This document shows positions 15,320 through 15,432 of a stretch of DNA of 15,432 nt, in pieces (within the stretch, counting starts at the first letter, position 1; each line of letters begins with the position of its first letter). The translations under genes and the position numbers were made by a program. The stretch covers positions 1 to 15,432 of the forward strand of contig JBBIOR010000028.1 of assembly GCA_037443265.1 (NCBI GenBank). The letters run 5' to 3'. The notes beneath the pieces were generated by a model. That model had not been told where the DNA came from, did not search any database, and worked only from the letters and a program-made list of their open reading frames with translations. Source of the stretch: Candidatus Fraserbacteria bacterium. GTDB lineage: Bacteria > Bipolaricaulota > Bipolaricaulia > RBG-16-55-9.

Positions 15320-15333
15320 ACTGACCGTTCAGT
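15320..15333. promoter_or_regulatory. Palindromic operator, probably for the downstream TetR
   Basis: ACTGACCGTTCAGT (6 of 7 symmetric pairs) lies between the -10 box and the RBS, overlapping the predicted transcription start. Confidence 0.7.
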
Positions 15334-15337
15334 ACAA

Positions 15338-15366
15338 ATTATAATCACCTCCAATGTCCCTGTCAA
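15338..15366 (-). promoter_or_regulatory. Perfect-consensus sigma70 promoter of the SPW-TetR operon
   Basis: TTGACA (15366-15361), 17 nt, TATAAT (15343-15338). Confidence 0.85.
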
Positions 15367-15432
15367 GGGCCCCTCGAAGTTCCTTCACTGGGCAATGAGC
15401 ACAGCCCGTACGGGCGCAGCATCCAACCCTCG

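Noticed and set aside
15304..15366. Upstream extension of the SPW ORF from TTG 15366
   Set aside because: That TTG is the -35 box. The region holds the promoter, operator and RBS for ATG 15303.
1..15432. tRNA/rRNA genes, transposases, integrases, cas genes, intrinsic terminators
   Set aside because: None recognised. Intergenic gaps are short and lack cloverleafs or clear hairpin + poly-T tracts.

Overview
GC-rich bacterial chromosomal window, mostly housekeeping genes. The left edge holds the end of a CRISPR array (two identical 30-bp repeats ending ATTGAAAC, no cas genes in view) directly abutting a decayed, frameshifted SRAP/YedK pseudogene. Then follow a SnoaL/NTF2-like gene, pgsA, and a two-subunit 2-oxoacid:ferredoxin oxidoreductase (archaeal-like by my recall) divergent from a peroxiredoxin. 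Next come a 636-aa secreted protein with an internal duplication, translationally coupled to a NodS-like methyltransferase, and a 3-TM + winged-helix protein with a small membrane ORF. The rest is an M24 Xaa-Pro peptidase, a fumarase/aspartase, a fabI-GYD-Nudix cluster, an archaeal-type non-discriminating AspRS, and an SPW-repeat protein/TetR operon with a perfect sigma70 promoter and a palindromic operator. Several near-consensus promoters are visible, and two genes look leaderless. The best novelty candidates are the secreted repeat protein/methyltransferase pair, the CRISPR/SRAP junction, the TM-wHTH protein and the SPW-TetR module. All family assignments come from motif recognition, not database searches.
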